NCBI RefSeq assembly: GCF_009914755.1
Contig: NC_060925.1
Source of the DNA: the human T2T-CHM13v2.0 reference genome, Homo sapiens
Length of the DNA: 64,000 nt
Strand: one strand, 5' to 3'
Part shown: one piece after another, positions 23,610 through 40,059 of the stretch
How the letters are laid out: the number at the start of each line of letters is the position of its first letter
Numbering within the stretch: the first letter of the stretch is position 1
Made by a program: the position numbers and the translations under genes
Notes under the pieces: generated by a model
The model's database searches: none
What the model saw: the letters and a program-made list of their open reading frames with translations, nothing else
What the model was told of the DNA's origin: nothing

Positions 23610-25006
23610 TGAACTCCTGACCTCAGGTGATCCGACTGGCTCCGCCTCCCAAAGTTCTGGGATTACATGAGCCACTGTGCTTGGCCACGATGAAAGGTTT
23701 TGTGTGGAGAGCATGTACATGCCTTTCTGGGAAAACAGTCCACAGCTCTTATTCTCAGCAGGCTTCACGGTCAAAAATGGTTAGAACTCTTGCTACAGAG
23801 CTGTGGAAGCAGCCAGGTGAGGGGCCTGCCAAGGGCACTCTGGGCACTACCTGGGCACTCTCTAGCCCATCATCCCCTAGGCAGGCTGCACTGCTTGGTA
23901 TTTGCAGAGCTGAGGGGGTGGGGCATGTGGGGACTGTGAAATCGCCCTGAGATGACCCACAGTCCTCAGCTGGGAAGTGAGCAGTGCATCTCCTGCAGCG
24001 TCCTCCATCCCTAGAGCCATGGGGCCAGGAGAACTGGCCCTTGCAGCAAGTGAAAAGCCTATTATTGACTCCCTCCCTAGCCATGTAGACAGTGAACCAA
24101 GACACTCATATCAGGCAAATGCCTTGTTCTCTGTTACCGAGGTAACCAGTAGGCATTCCCAGATACAGTGAAGGTCCTCACACCAAGATATGCACCTGGC
24201 CACCTGAGGAAAGAGAAAGGACTATCTGAGGGGATGGGGCTGAGCTGGGTGTGGAGTGGTCCTTGTGGGTCTTGGAGAGTGGGAGGGGGAGCAGCATGAG
24301 CCAGGCCTCGAGGCAGAAGGACAACCAGGAGACAGCCTGGAAAAAGTGCTGGACCCACAAGGGCTCAAGGCTGGCCAGAGGGGAGGTGGGATAGGCTGCA
24401 AAGTCCTGAGGTCTGAAGATTGGCCCTGGCAGGAAGAAACCAGGTAAGGTGGGGTGTTACCTACACCCTCGGGGCCAGATGCAGGCCAGAGCCAGCCAAT
24501 TACCAGGCCCTTAGGGAGGTGTGAGCCCCTTGAAATGACGCAAGGTTTTTTGTTTTTGTTTTGGAGACGGAGTTTCGCTCTTGTCGCACAGGCTGGCACC
24601 TTTGCCCAGAGCAGGCACCAAGACTTCTGGCTCTGGGTGTGACCTCAGTCTGAGTAAAAGCCCCAGCCCCCACCAGGACCACCTACCCCCTAGACTACTT
24701 CAGGTGCTGAGCCCAAGCCAGGGGCAGGAAGCTAAACTGATGCCTAGGGTAATCCCAGCAAAGTCCCTGGTTCCCCGCAGCTATGGGGCTGATGGGGAAT
24801 TACAGCCCAAACCCCAGATGCTGGCTATCAAACTAACACTGAGCCCTCAGTGCCCACAGGGAGATACAATCAGCGCACTTTCCAGATGGGGAAATGGGAT
24901 CAGAGAAGTGCAACAGCCTTGCCCAATGCCCCAGACCAGGGCTCCAGGCCCAGAGTGTTCTTTTGTCACTGTGTTCAGAGGGCAGCAGCTGCTGTGATGT
25001 ACCCAC

Positions 25007-25138
25007 CTGAGCCTGGCAGCTTTCTCCAACTTTGGAAGCCCAGGAGCGTGGCCCCTGTCCACAGATGCACCTGGCATGAGGCGTGCCCAGAGGGACAGAG
25101 GCAGATGAGTTTCGTCTCCTCCACTGGATTGTGAGGGC
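25007..25138 (-). other. Candidate non-coding exon (132 nt) within the retroposed insert
   Basis: gtctccttctag|GCCCTC...CTCAG|gtgggt. Confidence 0.6.
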
Positions 25139-26074
25139 CTAGAAGGAGACAAGGGTCTGCTTGGGAAGGCAGTGAATAGCGAGCAGCCTGAGGCAGTGCC
25201 CCTCTGGATGGATGCACAGTGCCTGGATGGAACCTGGCTCAGACAGAGCTCAGTTCTGCAGGTCCCTGAGGCATGGAGAGTTCACAGCTACCAAGCGTAG
25301 GAGTCTGGATTCAAAGCCAACGGCGTGACTCCAAAGTCCCTGCCCTAGCCCCTGGACCACCCTTGCAGGCCCATCAGATGCCCAGGCCAGCAGCACAGCC
25401 GGCCAAGACCAGGGAAACTTGGGGAGCCTCAGAGCACCCCCAGGTATTCCAACCTAACCCTGGTGCCCCGCCTCTCACCACCCTTCTTCCTGCTTTAACC
25501 TCAACCCCTACACAAAGCCTGGGCCACTTAATGTGGCATCAAACAGACGCCTCAATAAATCAGTCTAATCTCGAAAAAAAAAAAAGACTTAACAGATACA
25601 CAATTGCACGTTAGAATGCTAAAGACCATAAACATATAACAACTTAAAGTACATATAAATTCAATATATATCCAATCATTGTAACTATGACACAGTAGAA
25701 TATTAAAATACTATTTTCAAAATGTATACAAGCTTAATGTTCTATGTATTCAAACTATTTATTCAAAATACAAATCATCAACATAAATTGCCACTAATAT
25801 TCAGTCCCTTCACAGGACACATGATTCACTGGGAGTTAATAAATTAGCAGCCGGCAGGCAGTGACACACAGCAAAAATGAAAACCAAGAGGTGAAATAGT
25901 TCTGAAATAAAGGTTTTAAAGCTAACAGAAATCACTGAATTACTAAGTCATTAGCACTCATTTTGAGCCAACTAACTAATTAATATGAGATGATACAACG
26001 TCCTATACTTTGGTAAATACAGACTATGTTTAAACAATGTCTGTAACATGACTTGTAAAATGCTCCTGGCTTTA

Positions 26075-26315
<241 letters not shown>

Positions 26316-27058
26316 CTTGAAAAAGAAAAAATGGTCATTACTGAAGGAACCATCTTAGGTTACAGCCACCTCTGGGTCAATTCCCAACATTCAAAAGCTG
26401 AGCAGGGCTTTAAAGCTATCTTATTAATAATTATTTCTGTATTGCGAACTTCAGCATACTTTTTCCTAGTTACATTTGAAATGTTATTCTTTTGGGATGT
26501 GCTCAAGTGAATACTGCTTTTTCCTCTGCCTTGCTTCATTACTTTTTAGTTTCCTTCATTTGAATCATCATTGTAAGTCTCCTCTTCTCCTCAAATAACT
26601 TTCAAATTGCTGCCAAGAACTATGTTCTATCTTAAGGCTTTTGAGAAAAAACTTTCAATGAAGATAGCCGCCTAAAGTTATACAAATATAGAAGAAACGG
26701 GATAAAATAAAGCTTAGATTGGAAAAAATAAGATTATACAAAATTCACACGTCAACAAGGGAAGCTGAGTAATTGTATGTTCAAATACTTTTAACAAGTG
26801 CAAAACATGTAGGCTTAAAGAACTAGAGCTGGCCAGGCATGGTGGTTCACGCCTGTAATTCCAACAGTTTGGGAGGCCGAGGCAGGCAGATAACTTGAGG
26901 TCAGGAATTCGAGACCAGCCTGGCCAACAGAGTGAAACCCTCTCTCTACTAAAAATACAAAAATTAGGCCAGGAGTGATGGCTCATGCCTGTGATCCCAG
27001 CACTTTGAGAGGCCGAGGCGGGTAGATCACCTGAGGTCAGGAGTTTGAGACCAGCCTA

Positions 27059-27497
<439 letters not shown>

Positions 27498-27734
27498 TCA
27501 GTCACCAGAAAGCCTGTGTATAAATGAGCAGTGAGATATTCAAGTACAGCACACACACACTTCTCAGGACAGCTGTCGTGAGAGTTCCATGCTCGTTTCC
27601 TTCTGGATACATCAGCAACTCACTCTGCTATGATCCTGCAATACGTCTCATGTTAGAATTAGAGACATCTGGGCCAGGCACAGTGGCTGACGCCTGTAAT
27701 CCTAACACTTTGGGAAGCCGAGGCAGGCAGATCA

Positions 27735-28071
<337 letters not shown>

Positions 28072-28112
28072 CTATTAAGATTGCTGCTTACACATCATCT
28101 ATAAAATACTGA

Positions 28113-28420
<308 letters not shown>

Positions 28421-28628
28421 TAGCCAAGAAACCCTTATTTTAAAACAAGCCAGGCGCGGTGGCTCATGCCTATAATCCCAGCACTTTGGGGAGCCAAGGC
28501 GGGTGGATCACTTGACGTCAGTAGTTTGAGACCAGCCTGGACAACATGTTGTAACCCCATCTCTACTAAAAATATATTTAAAAAATTAGCTGGGCGTGGT
28601 GGTGGGCACCTGTAATCCCAGCTTCTCA

Positions 28629-28733
<105 letters not shown>

Positions 28734-29496
28734 TCAAAAACAAAACAAAACAAAACAAAAAACCACTAAAAGAAAGACTCCATTTCAAAAACAAAACTAA
28801 AACCAAAAACACAACACAAATGTAGTATACAAATGAAAATAATTACTGTGTTAAACACAGTTTCATAGAAAATAAAAGACCAATCAAATACAATAAGCTG
28901 CCTTTTTAGATGGGTGTTATTCTTCTTTCACAGCTAAAGAAACGGGCTCAGAGAATGTTATTTGATTGGACCGTGTTGCATCTCTGGACAGTGCAGCTGA
29001 GATCAGACTTTGTGTGTAACTCCACTAGCCTACCAGGGTGCCTCTCATAAAGGTAAGAAATGTAAATTTGGGCTAATATACAAAGTTGCCAGGGCAGCAC
29101 TGGGTCAATTCTACATACAGTACTTCTATGTTCATCAAGGGAAACCTTAAGGGAAAGTGAAAATGCTTCTAGAAGGCGACTGGACACCAGCGCCTTTGCT
29201 TGTTGCCTTTGGGCTCTTCTTCTAAGGCCAACAGTGACCTGAGATTATTGACTGGCTTTTCCAATCAAGTGGACAAAATGGTACCAAGGTCGCCAACATC
29301 AAACAAATTCACTTGAGGGCCTTATCTATGTCCTTTGAAAGACAAAACTGCTTTTGTAAAGGACACTGTATTTCAGAAAAACATAATCATATTAACAAAT
29401 AATAACACTGTAAAATGCTGATGTATTGAATGCTACTTTAGAAAAACATGCTCAAATCTAGGGAAAAAATTTGATACAAAACTCCGTATCAATTAT

Positions 29497-29524
29497 CTAG
29501 CTAGCTAGCTAGCTAGCTAGCTAG
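29497..29524. repeat. (CTAG)n tetranucleotide repeat
   Basis: ctagctagctag.. at the tail of an antisense Alu. Confidence 0.9.
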
Positions 29525-30539
29525 AGACATGCTTTCATTCTATTGCTCAGGATGGGAAGCAGTGGGATTATCATAGCTCACTGCAGCCTTGAGCTCCTGG
29601 CCTCAAGTGATCCTCCTGCCTCAGCCTCCTAACTAGCTAGGGCCACAGGTGGACACAGTTATGCCTGGGTTTTTGTTTGTTTGTTTTGTAGAGACAGGGT
29701 GTCACTACATTGCCCAGGCTGGTGTCAAACTTTGGAGTCTCGCTGTGTCGCCCAGGCTGGGGTGCAGTGGTGCGATCTCGGCCCAATGCAACCTCCGCCT
29801 CCCGGGTTCAAGTAATTCTCCTTTATCAGCCTCCTAAGTAGCTGGGACTACAGGCATGCGCCACCACGGCCGGCTAATTTTTGTATTTTTTGTAGAGACT
29901 GGGTTTCACCATGGCCAGGCTGGTCTCCAACTCCTGACCTCAGGTGATCCACCCGCCTCGGCCTCCCAAAGTGTTGGGATTACAGGTGTCAGCCACTGAG
30001 CCTGGCGGAGCACTTTCTTATGTTATTAAGTAGCCTAACCCAGGTGGGGCGCTGTCCCTCACACCTGTAATCCCGACAACTCTGATGGCCAAGGTGAGAA
30101 GATCGCCTCAACTCAGGAGTTCGAAACTGGCCCGGGCAACATAGCGAGCCCCCACCCCACCCCATCTCTAGAAAAAAAATACAAAAATTAGGCCAGGTGC
30201 ACACCGCGCCCGGCTAATTTTTGTATCTTCTGTAGAGACGGGGTTTCGTCATGTTGCCCAGGCTGGTCTCGAACTCCTGAGCCCAAGCCATCCATCCTCC
30301 CGCCTCGGCCTCCCAAAGTGCTGGGATTACAGTAGGGCCCAGCCAGCCTCATGTTTTATTGCACACCTGGATAGTTTTTTAATTTTTTTACACAGGGTTT
30401 ACCTCAATCTCGCAGGCTGGAATGCTGTGGTGGGATCATAGCTCACTGGAGCCTTGAATCTTTGGGTTCAAGTAGCTGGGGGGCTGAGGTAGGACTACAG
30501 AGATGGGGTTGCGCCATGTTGCTAGGCTGCTCTTGGCCT

Positions 30540-30915
30540 GAAGGGTCCTCCCGCCTCGGCCGCGCCATAGTTTTCTATTTTTGACCAACATAAACACTGT
30601 GCTGGGTCTGAATTTTTCAGCTACCCTTCTTCAGCCGGCAACACACAGGACCTGGCGGGGAGGTCGCTCTCACCAGTCCCCACTCTGACGAGAAGACCGC
30701 CCAGCTCCAGGCACCGTAGCGCCCCAGTGACGTAGGCGAACACCCGCGCCTCTGACGTCGCCAAAGGCCCACCGCTATGGTGTCGGCGAAGGCGCGCCCT
30801 TGTGACGTCACGGAAGGCGCGCCCTTGTGACGTCACGGAAGGCGCGCCCTTGTGACGTCACGGAAGGCGCCCCTTGTGACGTCACGGAAGGCGCGCCCTT
30901 GTGACGTCACGGAAG
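30540..30915 (-). promoter_or_regulatory. CpG-rich promoter with multimerised CRE (CREB/ATF) sites
   Basis: High CpG retention. TGACGTCA at 30803, 30828, 30853, 30877 and 30902; partial sites at 30686, 30728 and 30753. Confidence 0.8.
30788..30915. repeat. 25-bp minisatellite (GAAGGCGCGCCCTTGTGACGTCACG) x5, one unit 24 bp
   Basis: Units start at 30788, 30813, 30838, 30863 (1-nt deletion) and 30887. Confidence 0.97.
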
Positions 30916-31231
30916 CGCAAGAACCGCTTGAACCCGGGAGGCAGAGGTTGCAGTGAGCTGTGATCGCATCACTGCACTCCAGCCTGGGCCACACAGCAAG
31001 ACTCTGTGTAAAAAAAATTATTTTAGGCCATCGAACTGTATACCTGAAATTAGCAAATTTTATTATATGTAAATTGTATCTCAATAAAGCTATTTTAAAA
31101 TTATAAAACTTGGCTGGGCACGGTGGCTCACACCTGTAATCCCAGCACTTTGGGAGGAGAGGCAGGTCGATCACCTGAGGTCAGGAGTTTGAGACCAGCC
31201 TGGCCAACATGGTGAAACCCCTTCTCTACTA

Positions 31232-31479
<248 letters not shown>

Positions 31480-32826
31480 TTAAAAAGGGGGCCCAATTTT
31501 TTTACGGTTCAGTTTCTAGAACAGGAGTTATTCACCTGTAAGTCATTTGACGAATAGAGAGATAATTTTTTAGCACTCTTTCCAATTACTAGCATGTGTT
31601 TTCTTTGTCCCAAATCATGTTTAACACATCATTTATACTAAAAATACTAATTAAAACAATTATGGCATACTTCTAATAATGTTAAAAGTGAGTAATAATA
31701 CTTAACCTAAAAGGGTACATTTATAATACTACAGTTTCAAGTTTCAGAAAGCAGAGAGGGAAGGATATTTCAAGACTGGAATATTCCTGCCATTCCTTAA
31801 ATCACATTCCTCAGCATCTATTCATTTAACAAATATTTATTAAAGACCTGCTACACTCCAAACTCTTTCTATATGCTTCTGATCCATCAATGAGCAGAAA
31901 ACACAGATATGCATCAATTAGGTTAGTTTGCAGAATCTCAGTGGCTTCTAGCACAATAGTTCATTTCTGACCCATGAGACCTGACAATTACTGGTTAACT
32001 ACAGCTCTGTGACAGATTGTCATCTTTCTAGGACCCAGCCTGATGGAGTAGCCATTATCTGCAACTCTGAATAAACACATTGTAGTTCAGTCACATTTTG
32101 GAATACTATTCAGCAATGAAAAGGAACAAGGTGTCATAAACTCAAAAATGGGTGAACTCAAAAATACTACTGCTAAGTGAAAGAAGTCAGATGCAAAAGG
32201 CATTATGGCAGGATAAAGAACATGGTAAACCACACGCTGGCTCCTGTAACTTCTGCCTACAAGTAACAATGCTTTTGCTTCTATGTCAGCAATCAGACCC
32301 AGTCACGTAGCCATGTCCAAGGCCAATGGGGTGGGGAAAGGATAATCCTCCTGAGAGGGTCAGAGTATGTATTTGAATAATAGCGCAGTTTACCGGTTAC
32401 CTGTATATAGTAACATAGAAGGAAATAAGGGTTGTAGAAAAAAAGAATCGGGCGTGCAGGGTTGGAATGCAATGATACGGAGCAGGATGTGGTGTTAGAC
32501 AGTTCTCAGTTCTTCAAACCCCGAGAAGACTTGAAGGAGGTGAGGGAGTTGGCTAAGCAAAATATGAGGAAAGAGCATTTGAAGAAGATGGAACATCTAG
32601 AGCAAAGACCTTGGAGTAAGCGTGCCTGAGATGCCGGAGGAGTGGTAAGGAAGCCGGGGTGGCTGGAGTAGATTAGAAGCACGTAGTAGCTACTCCTCCT
32701 ACTGGAGGTCATCACAGCAATGGGGTGGGACAAACAAAGAGGACTTTGTCATCGTTGTAAGAACTTTAGTTTTTACACTGAGTGAAATGAGCTAGTACAG
32801 GGTTCTGAGCAGAGACTTATTATCTA

Positions 32827-33279
<453 letters not shown>

Positions 33280-34571
33280 CTACCTCTACAAAAACTACAA
33301 AATAAATAGCTGGGCATGCTGGTGCCTGCCTGTGGTTCCAGCTACTCCAGAGGCTGAGGTGGGAGGATCGTTTGAGACCGGGGAGGTGGAAGTTGCAGTG
33401 AGTAGAGATGGTGCCACTGCACTCCAGCCTGGGTGACAGAGGAAGACCCTGTCTAAAAAAAAAAGATAACTCTGGCTATTATATTGGGGACAAAGGGAAG
33501 AAGCAGGGAGACCAATTAGGAGGCCATTGCAAGAATCCATGCAAATGTCAACGGTGATTCAGACCAGGGTGACAGCTGTGAGGGTGGTGAGAAGTGGCCA
33601 AATTCTGGATATTTTTAAAGGTCAAGTTCATGGCATTTCATGACAAATCGAATGTGGGTGTGAGAGAAAAATAGAGACAACGATGACTGTAAGGATTTTG
33701 TTTGTTTGTTTATTTGCTTACTTGGGTAACTGAAAAAACAAAGTTGGCTTAAGGACCTGAAGACGTTTTTCAAAGAAGACACCAAAATGTCCCACAAGTA
33801 CATGAAAAGATGCGGAACATCATGAACCATCAAGGAAATGCAAATCAATACCACAATGAGACAGCACCTTATACATGTCAGGATGGCTACTATAGAAGAC
33901 AAGCCATGACAAGGGTTGGTAAGGATGTGGAGAAAAGTGAACACTTCTAAGCTGTTAGTGGAAACATAAACTAGTACCCCATTATGGAAAACAATATGGA
34001 GCTGCTTCCTCCAAAAATTACAAATAGAACTACCATGAGATCCACCAATCCCACTTCTGATATATATCCACAGGAAACAACATCAGTATCTCAAAGAAAT
34101 ATCTGCACTCCCGTGTCCATGGCAGCACTATTCACAATAGCCAAGGTGTAGAATCAACCTGTCTGTCAACAGATGAATACAGAAAATGGAGTATATATAC
34201 ACAACAGAATAATATTCAGCCTTAAAAGAAGAAAATCCTATCATTTGACACAACATAGGTGAGCCCAGAGCACAGTATGTTCAGTGAAATAAAGAGTCAG
34301 AGAAAGAAATACTGGGTGACCTCACTCATTTGGAATCTAAAAAAGTCAAACTTAGAAGCAGAGATGAGAGGTGTGGTTGCCAGGGGCTGGGGAGTGAGAG
34401 AAATGGAGAGAGGTTGGTCAAATGGTACAAACTTTCAGATAGAAGATAAGTTCTGGAAATCTACTGTACAGCATGGTGTCTATGGTTACTGATTATTATA
34501 TACTTGAGATTTGCTAAGAGAGAGCAGATCTTAAATGTTCTCACCACACACAGACACACACAGAAGGTAAT

Positions 34572-35582
34572 TGTACACCAAAAAGTGTCTGAGACAGGCC
34601 TTGATCAATTTAGAGGTTCATGTTGCCAAGGTTGAGGATGCACTGGGAAAAAGAAACACAAGTTCCCATACAATCTGTGGCCCATGTATTTTCCAAAGAG
34701 GGTTTTGAAGACTTCAATATTTAAAGGGGAAAGAGCAGCAGGAGGGGAAAAAGGAAAGAAAAGAGTGGGTAGGTAGCCAGATAAGTGGTTATATTCTTGT
34801 GAAACTTTCATTAGTGCTTACTGAATTCACATGTTACATGTGAGAGGAGGGTATAGAGGAACAGTCAATTACACATTCTTGTCACGCTCAGTAAATCTGC
34901 ATTTTACATAAGATAAAAATAGAGTAGAGAAAGAAGTCAAATATGCATTTGTTTTGGGGTGGGCAGAGGGATGATTTCTAGTCTTGTCTTTGTTCCACAC
35001 CCGTGAAGATAAGCTGTTAGTTATCTTACATTGTCAGGGTGATCTGGTTTGGCTGTGTCCCCATCCTAATCTCATCTTGAATTCCCACACGTTGTGGGAG
35101 GGACCTGGTGGAAGGTGATTGAATCATGGGGGCAAGACTTTCCCATGCTATTCTCTTGACAGTGAATAAGTCTCACGAGATCTGATGGTTTTAAAAAGAG
35201 GATTTCCCCTGCACAAATTTTCTCTTTGCCTGCTGCCATCCATGTAAGATGTGACTTGTTCCTCCTTGCCTTCGCCATGATTGTGAGGCTTCCCCAGCCA
35301 CGTGGAACTGTAAGTCCAATTAAACCACTTTCTTTTGTAAATTGCCCAGTCTCGGGTGTGTCTTTATCAGCAGCATGAAAATGAACTAATACACAGGGTG
35401 AGGGAAGCCACCTGGAGAGGTATGTGGCCTTCTATCCTGCAGCTGTGAGTCTAGGAACAAAAGGAAAGCAGGTTTTGTTTTTTGTTGTCATTGTTGTTTT
35501 TTGCATGACTCAGCTCCCAAACTTAACTTTTCCCTTTGCCATAGGGGGTTTGAGGTCCCAGAGATTTTATTTTCCTTTCACA
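34572..35582 (-). mobile_element. MER4-group (ERV1) solo LTR
   Basis: tg...ca ends; ctgagacagg..aatttagagg..ttgccaaggttgagga; ends ttttcctttcaca. 4-bp TSD taat/taac. Confidence 0.8.
35040..35393 (+). mobile_element. THE1 solo LTR
   Basis: tgatctggtttggctgtgtcccc..aactaataca. Perfect 5-bp TSD CAGGG (35035-35039 and 35394-35398). Confidence 0.93.
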
Positions 35583-37207
35583 TAACCACAGAAGGCAAGG
35601 GACATCTTAACTCACTTGATTATGGTAATCATTTCACAATATATAAACATATCAAATCATCATTGTACCCCTAAAATTTATATAATTGTATTTGTCAGTT
35701 ATAGCTCAATAAAGCTGGGGGAGAATAGATTTATCAAAAACACATAAAAAAAAAAAAGAATGGCATTGCTGTAACTGAGGTGGGGAAGGCTGCAGGTAGA
35801 GTGGGCTTGGTGTAAGATGGGAGATCAGGGGTTGAATTTAGAACATGGTAAGCCTGAAACATCTGTGGGATACACAGGCAGATTCCCAGTGCACCCTGGA
35901 TGAAGTCGGTCTCAACTCAGGTTCTCCCGTGTCACAGAATGTCCCCTGGAGCCACAGTCAACAGATCCAGGTGGTAACGCCGGCCTTACCACAAAGAAGC
36001 TCTGACTGTGGGGAGGTCACTAGTACACTCCATCTCTCCTCATCTGTGTGGTGGGTCAGTAAAACATGCCAACAGAGTTATTCTGAGCATTCTGTGACAT
36101 AAGTATATGGCAGCGCTTTGCCAGTTAAAACATAGGATAGAAAATGGCCTGGCTGCTGCTGCTGCGGTTCACGGTAATGGTCTCATCCTCTTAGTCAGCC
36201 GGCTGCTTTGGGATGAAACACAACAAAAAGCCGATCAGATTTTCCTAGAGTCTCATGATCCCAGGTATCCAGAAACACAATTTGGAAACACTGAAGTTAT
36301 TTTTCTTCCTTCGATGTGCTAGTTTTTCATTCTAGCCTACTCCACTCTGGGCAAATCCCTGTAGAATTCCTTGAGCAACATGAGCTCTTTCGCTGACTCA
36401 GATAAAATTGGACAGTATGTAATGTCCTGTGACCCTTGCCTGGAAGCGATCCCAGCTGGCTGCCAGGGTTGAGTCCGAGACCCTTACGACCAGGCTGACC
36501 CTGAGGCCTGGAGACTGCCGAGATCCCTGTTCAATGTCTGGAGAGCAGCGGGCGCAGCTGGTAGCCGGACCCTGCGTGGTTTGGAGCAGCGGGACACTCA
36601 CTTTGAGACAGACAAACCTAGAAGTGAGCAACCACTTTCCACTTCACTATGTGGCGCATGATGGGTGTTCAGCAACAAATATCAGCCTCCTGTCTTCCCC
36701 TGGCACCGCCCCTGGCTTCGGTGAGTGGTCTGTTTCTGCCAACCGTCTCTGATTTTGGAGTCACGGGAATAGAGTACGGAGCCGCACGTGATTCCCTTCC
36801 AGATGTCAGTCCCAACACACCCCAAACGCCTTTTCATTTCTCTCACAAAACATTATGACTCTGTCATGCGTGGATTGCCTGGGTTCTTTTTTCAAGCAAT
36901 TCAGCAGGATGACATAGAGCCTCTTGGTGAGGGGATGCCCATACATTTCCTATTGAAGCACAAAATAATTCTGCCCACTGTTTTATTTAAAAACCACCTA
37001 ACTCAAGGCTCCAGGGATTTCCTTTCCTCCTGGTAGCCTGGGGTTTGGTGAACTCATCAGGCTCCCCGCACTTTGGGGTGTATTCTTCCTCGGTTTCCCC
37101 AGATGTGCAGCCAACAGTTGTAACTAGACAGGTGCAGACATGGCGTGTATATTGATATTGACATTTCTAGCAGGTTATCGCAGGTGTTTGTAAGACAGCC
37201 TTAGTTA

Positions 37208-37480
<273 letters not shown>

Positions 37481-37580
37481 TTAGCTGGGTGTGGTGGTGC
37501 ACGCCTGTAATCTCAGCTACTTGGGAGGCTGAGGTGAGAGAATCACCTAAGTGAGCCCAGGGAAGTCAAGACTGCAGTGA

Positions 37581-38010
<430 letters not shown>

Positions 38011-38439
38011 AACACACACTTATAACATAAAATGTAAAAGGGGAAAAATGCCTTCTTTTTGCCTATTTTATTAAGGATGTAATAACCCTAATGGCCTTTC
38101 ATGAAGAGCATTTTCTCCAAATGCATTGCACTGGGACACTCCCGAGGGACTCTGGAATGGATTTACTGCTTTCTCCGAAAACCAGGACATGGCCTATTTC
38201 ATATAATATTGTTTGATTCAAACACATAATAATAAAAAATAATAATTTTCAGTGCTAAAAGTCAGCAACCCTGATGTGCGGTTTTGCCCCCTGAGTGACA
38301 GGAACAACACACGGATTTGTCTTCTCTTGTGTGACTGAAGAAGGGCAGAGCAGTAGGTTTTCGTTTCACACAACCCAGGAGATTGCCATTTTCTCAGGAT
38401 CACCTGATGGCACAAAACTTAGGCCCTGGCTCATACCCT

Positions 38440-38865
38440 TCGTCCATCTCTTACTCTAGCTATTGCTAGAGCAAGCAGCTTCGAGCAGATGAAACCTCCC
38501 AGCACCTCCCCTCTGCTGCAGCATATCTCTTGCATTTTGACACCACAGCATGGAACACCTGCCACAATCGGCCCAGCACTCACACAAGCATCATCCCAAC
38601 GCACAAGAGAATTCATGCCCCAAGAACACCCCTTGGAGAATCGGAGCTGGAAATTGATGAATAAAGGTTCCCTCCCTCTTTCAGGCGCACAGGCCGTCCA
38701 TTCTGAAGTCACTCCGTGGCTCATTAGGAGCCCCTGCGCAGTCATGCCTCAGCTGCCTCCAGGAGTGAACAAGCTGAGATTGCACTCCCATTTGCCTTCC
38801 TTCCTTCCCTGTGTCACTCTTCCCAATCCCTCTATCTTGTTTTCTGGGAACACTTTCCCAAATTA
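38440..38865 (+). mobile_element. LTR16-like (ERVL) LTR remnant
   Basis: ttgatgaataaag..ccattctgaag..ccttccttccctgtgtcactcttccc..tgggaacactttcccaaat. Confidence 0.6.
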
Positions 38866-39813
38866 GAAAATTCTGGAGGCCAATTAAGGCAATAAGCCAG
38901 GGAAATATGTTATGTAACCGTGTGATGAACTCACAAGAGATACTTGGGGACTTGGAGAAGTCCATTCCCTGTATCTAGGCGAGACCACAGCTAAGTCATT
39001 GACCAAAGGAACTTTGTATTAAAACAAACAAACAAACAAACAAAAAACTTAGAAAAATGGAATTCCAAAATCACCATTAGTAATTCTATTAGGTATTCAG
39101 ATATTCATTGACTATAAATGTTCCTGAATGCAAAGCAGGAGATACAGAGGTCTGAATGTTGGATGTAAGAACTCGTGTATGTAATTGCATGAGCCAAAGA
39201 ACAAGCTTAATGGATCTGGGTTCTGTGATTTTGCTCTTTTCGGAAGTGCTAGCTCAGTTTCAGAAAAGAAGTTCAGCGTCATTTTTTTCTTTTTACATTT
39301 ATCTCCACCAAGTTTATGAGAAGTTGATCCAATGATTTACTCTCCTTGATCAGAAATACCAGAAATTCACTCTCAATTTCAGTCCTTTAACTGATTGGCA
39401 TTCTTTAAACATAATGAACGGGAAAAGGAAATATATCTTAAAACAGTTTTTAAAAATGTGAAACAATTCAGGCATACAAAAGACACAGAAAATGATAAAT
39501 TGTGTGGTATACCACCAAGATAAAACAGCTGTTAATATTTTATCTTATTTGCTTCAAACCCATCTTTTCAGTAAACATGCTATTTACTTAATAAACAAAA
39601 TATTACAGTCCAGCTACTGCCTCACCCAGTGTGCATCATCCTCTCTTTCCCTCCATCCCTGGATATAACTCTATTCAAAATTCGTGTGTATGGGCTGGGC
39701 ACAGTGGCTCACATCTGTAATCCCAGCACTTTAGGAGGTCAAGGCAGGTGGATCACTTGAGGTCAGGAGATCGAGACCAGCATGGCCAACATGGTGAAAC
39801 TCCATCTCTACTA

Positions 39814-40059
<246 letters not shown>

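Larger units (their letters stand above)
33745..35722 (+). mobile_element. L1M (L1MA/MB-type) 3' fragment split by an LTR
   Basis: caaagaagacac..ggaaatgcaaatcaa..aatagaactaccat..ttaaatgttctcaccac; resumes at 35583 and ends aataaagctg. Confidence 0.85.

Noticed and set aside
26520-26600. Possible further GTF2I exon upstream of exon A
   Set aside because: No convincing peptide match or splice-site pair.
30788-30915. CRISPR-like array of palindromic 25-bp repeats
   Set aside because: The units are head-to-tail with no unique spacers, there are no cas genes, and the context is primate DNA. It is a minisatellite.
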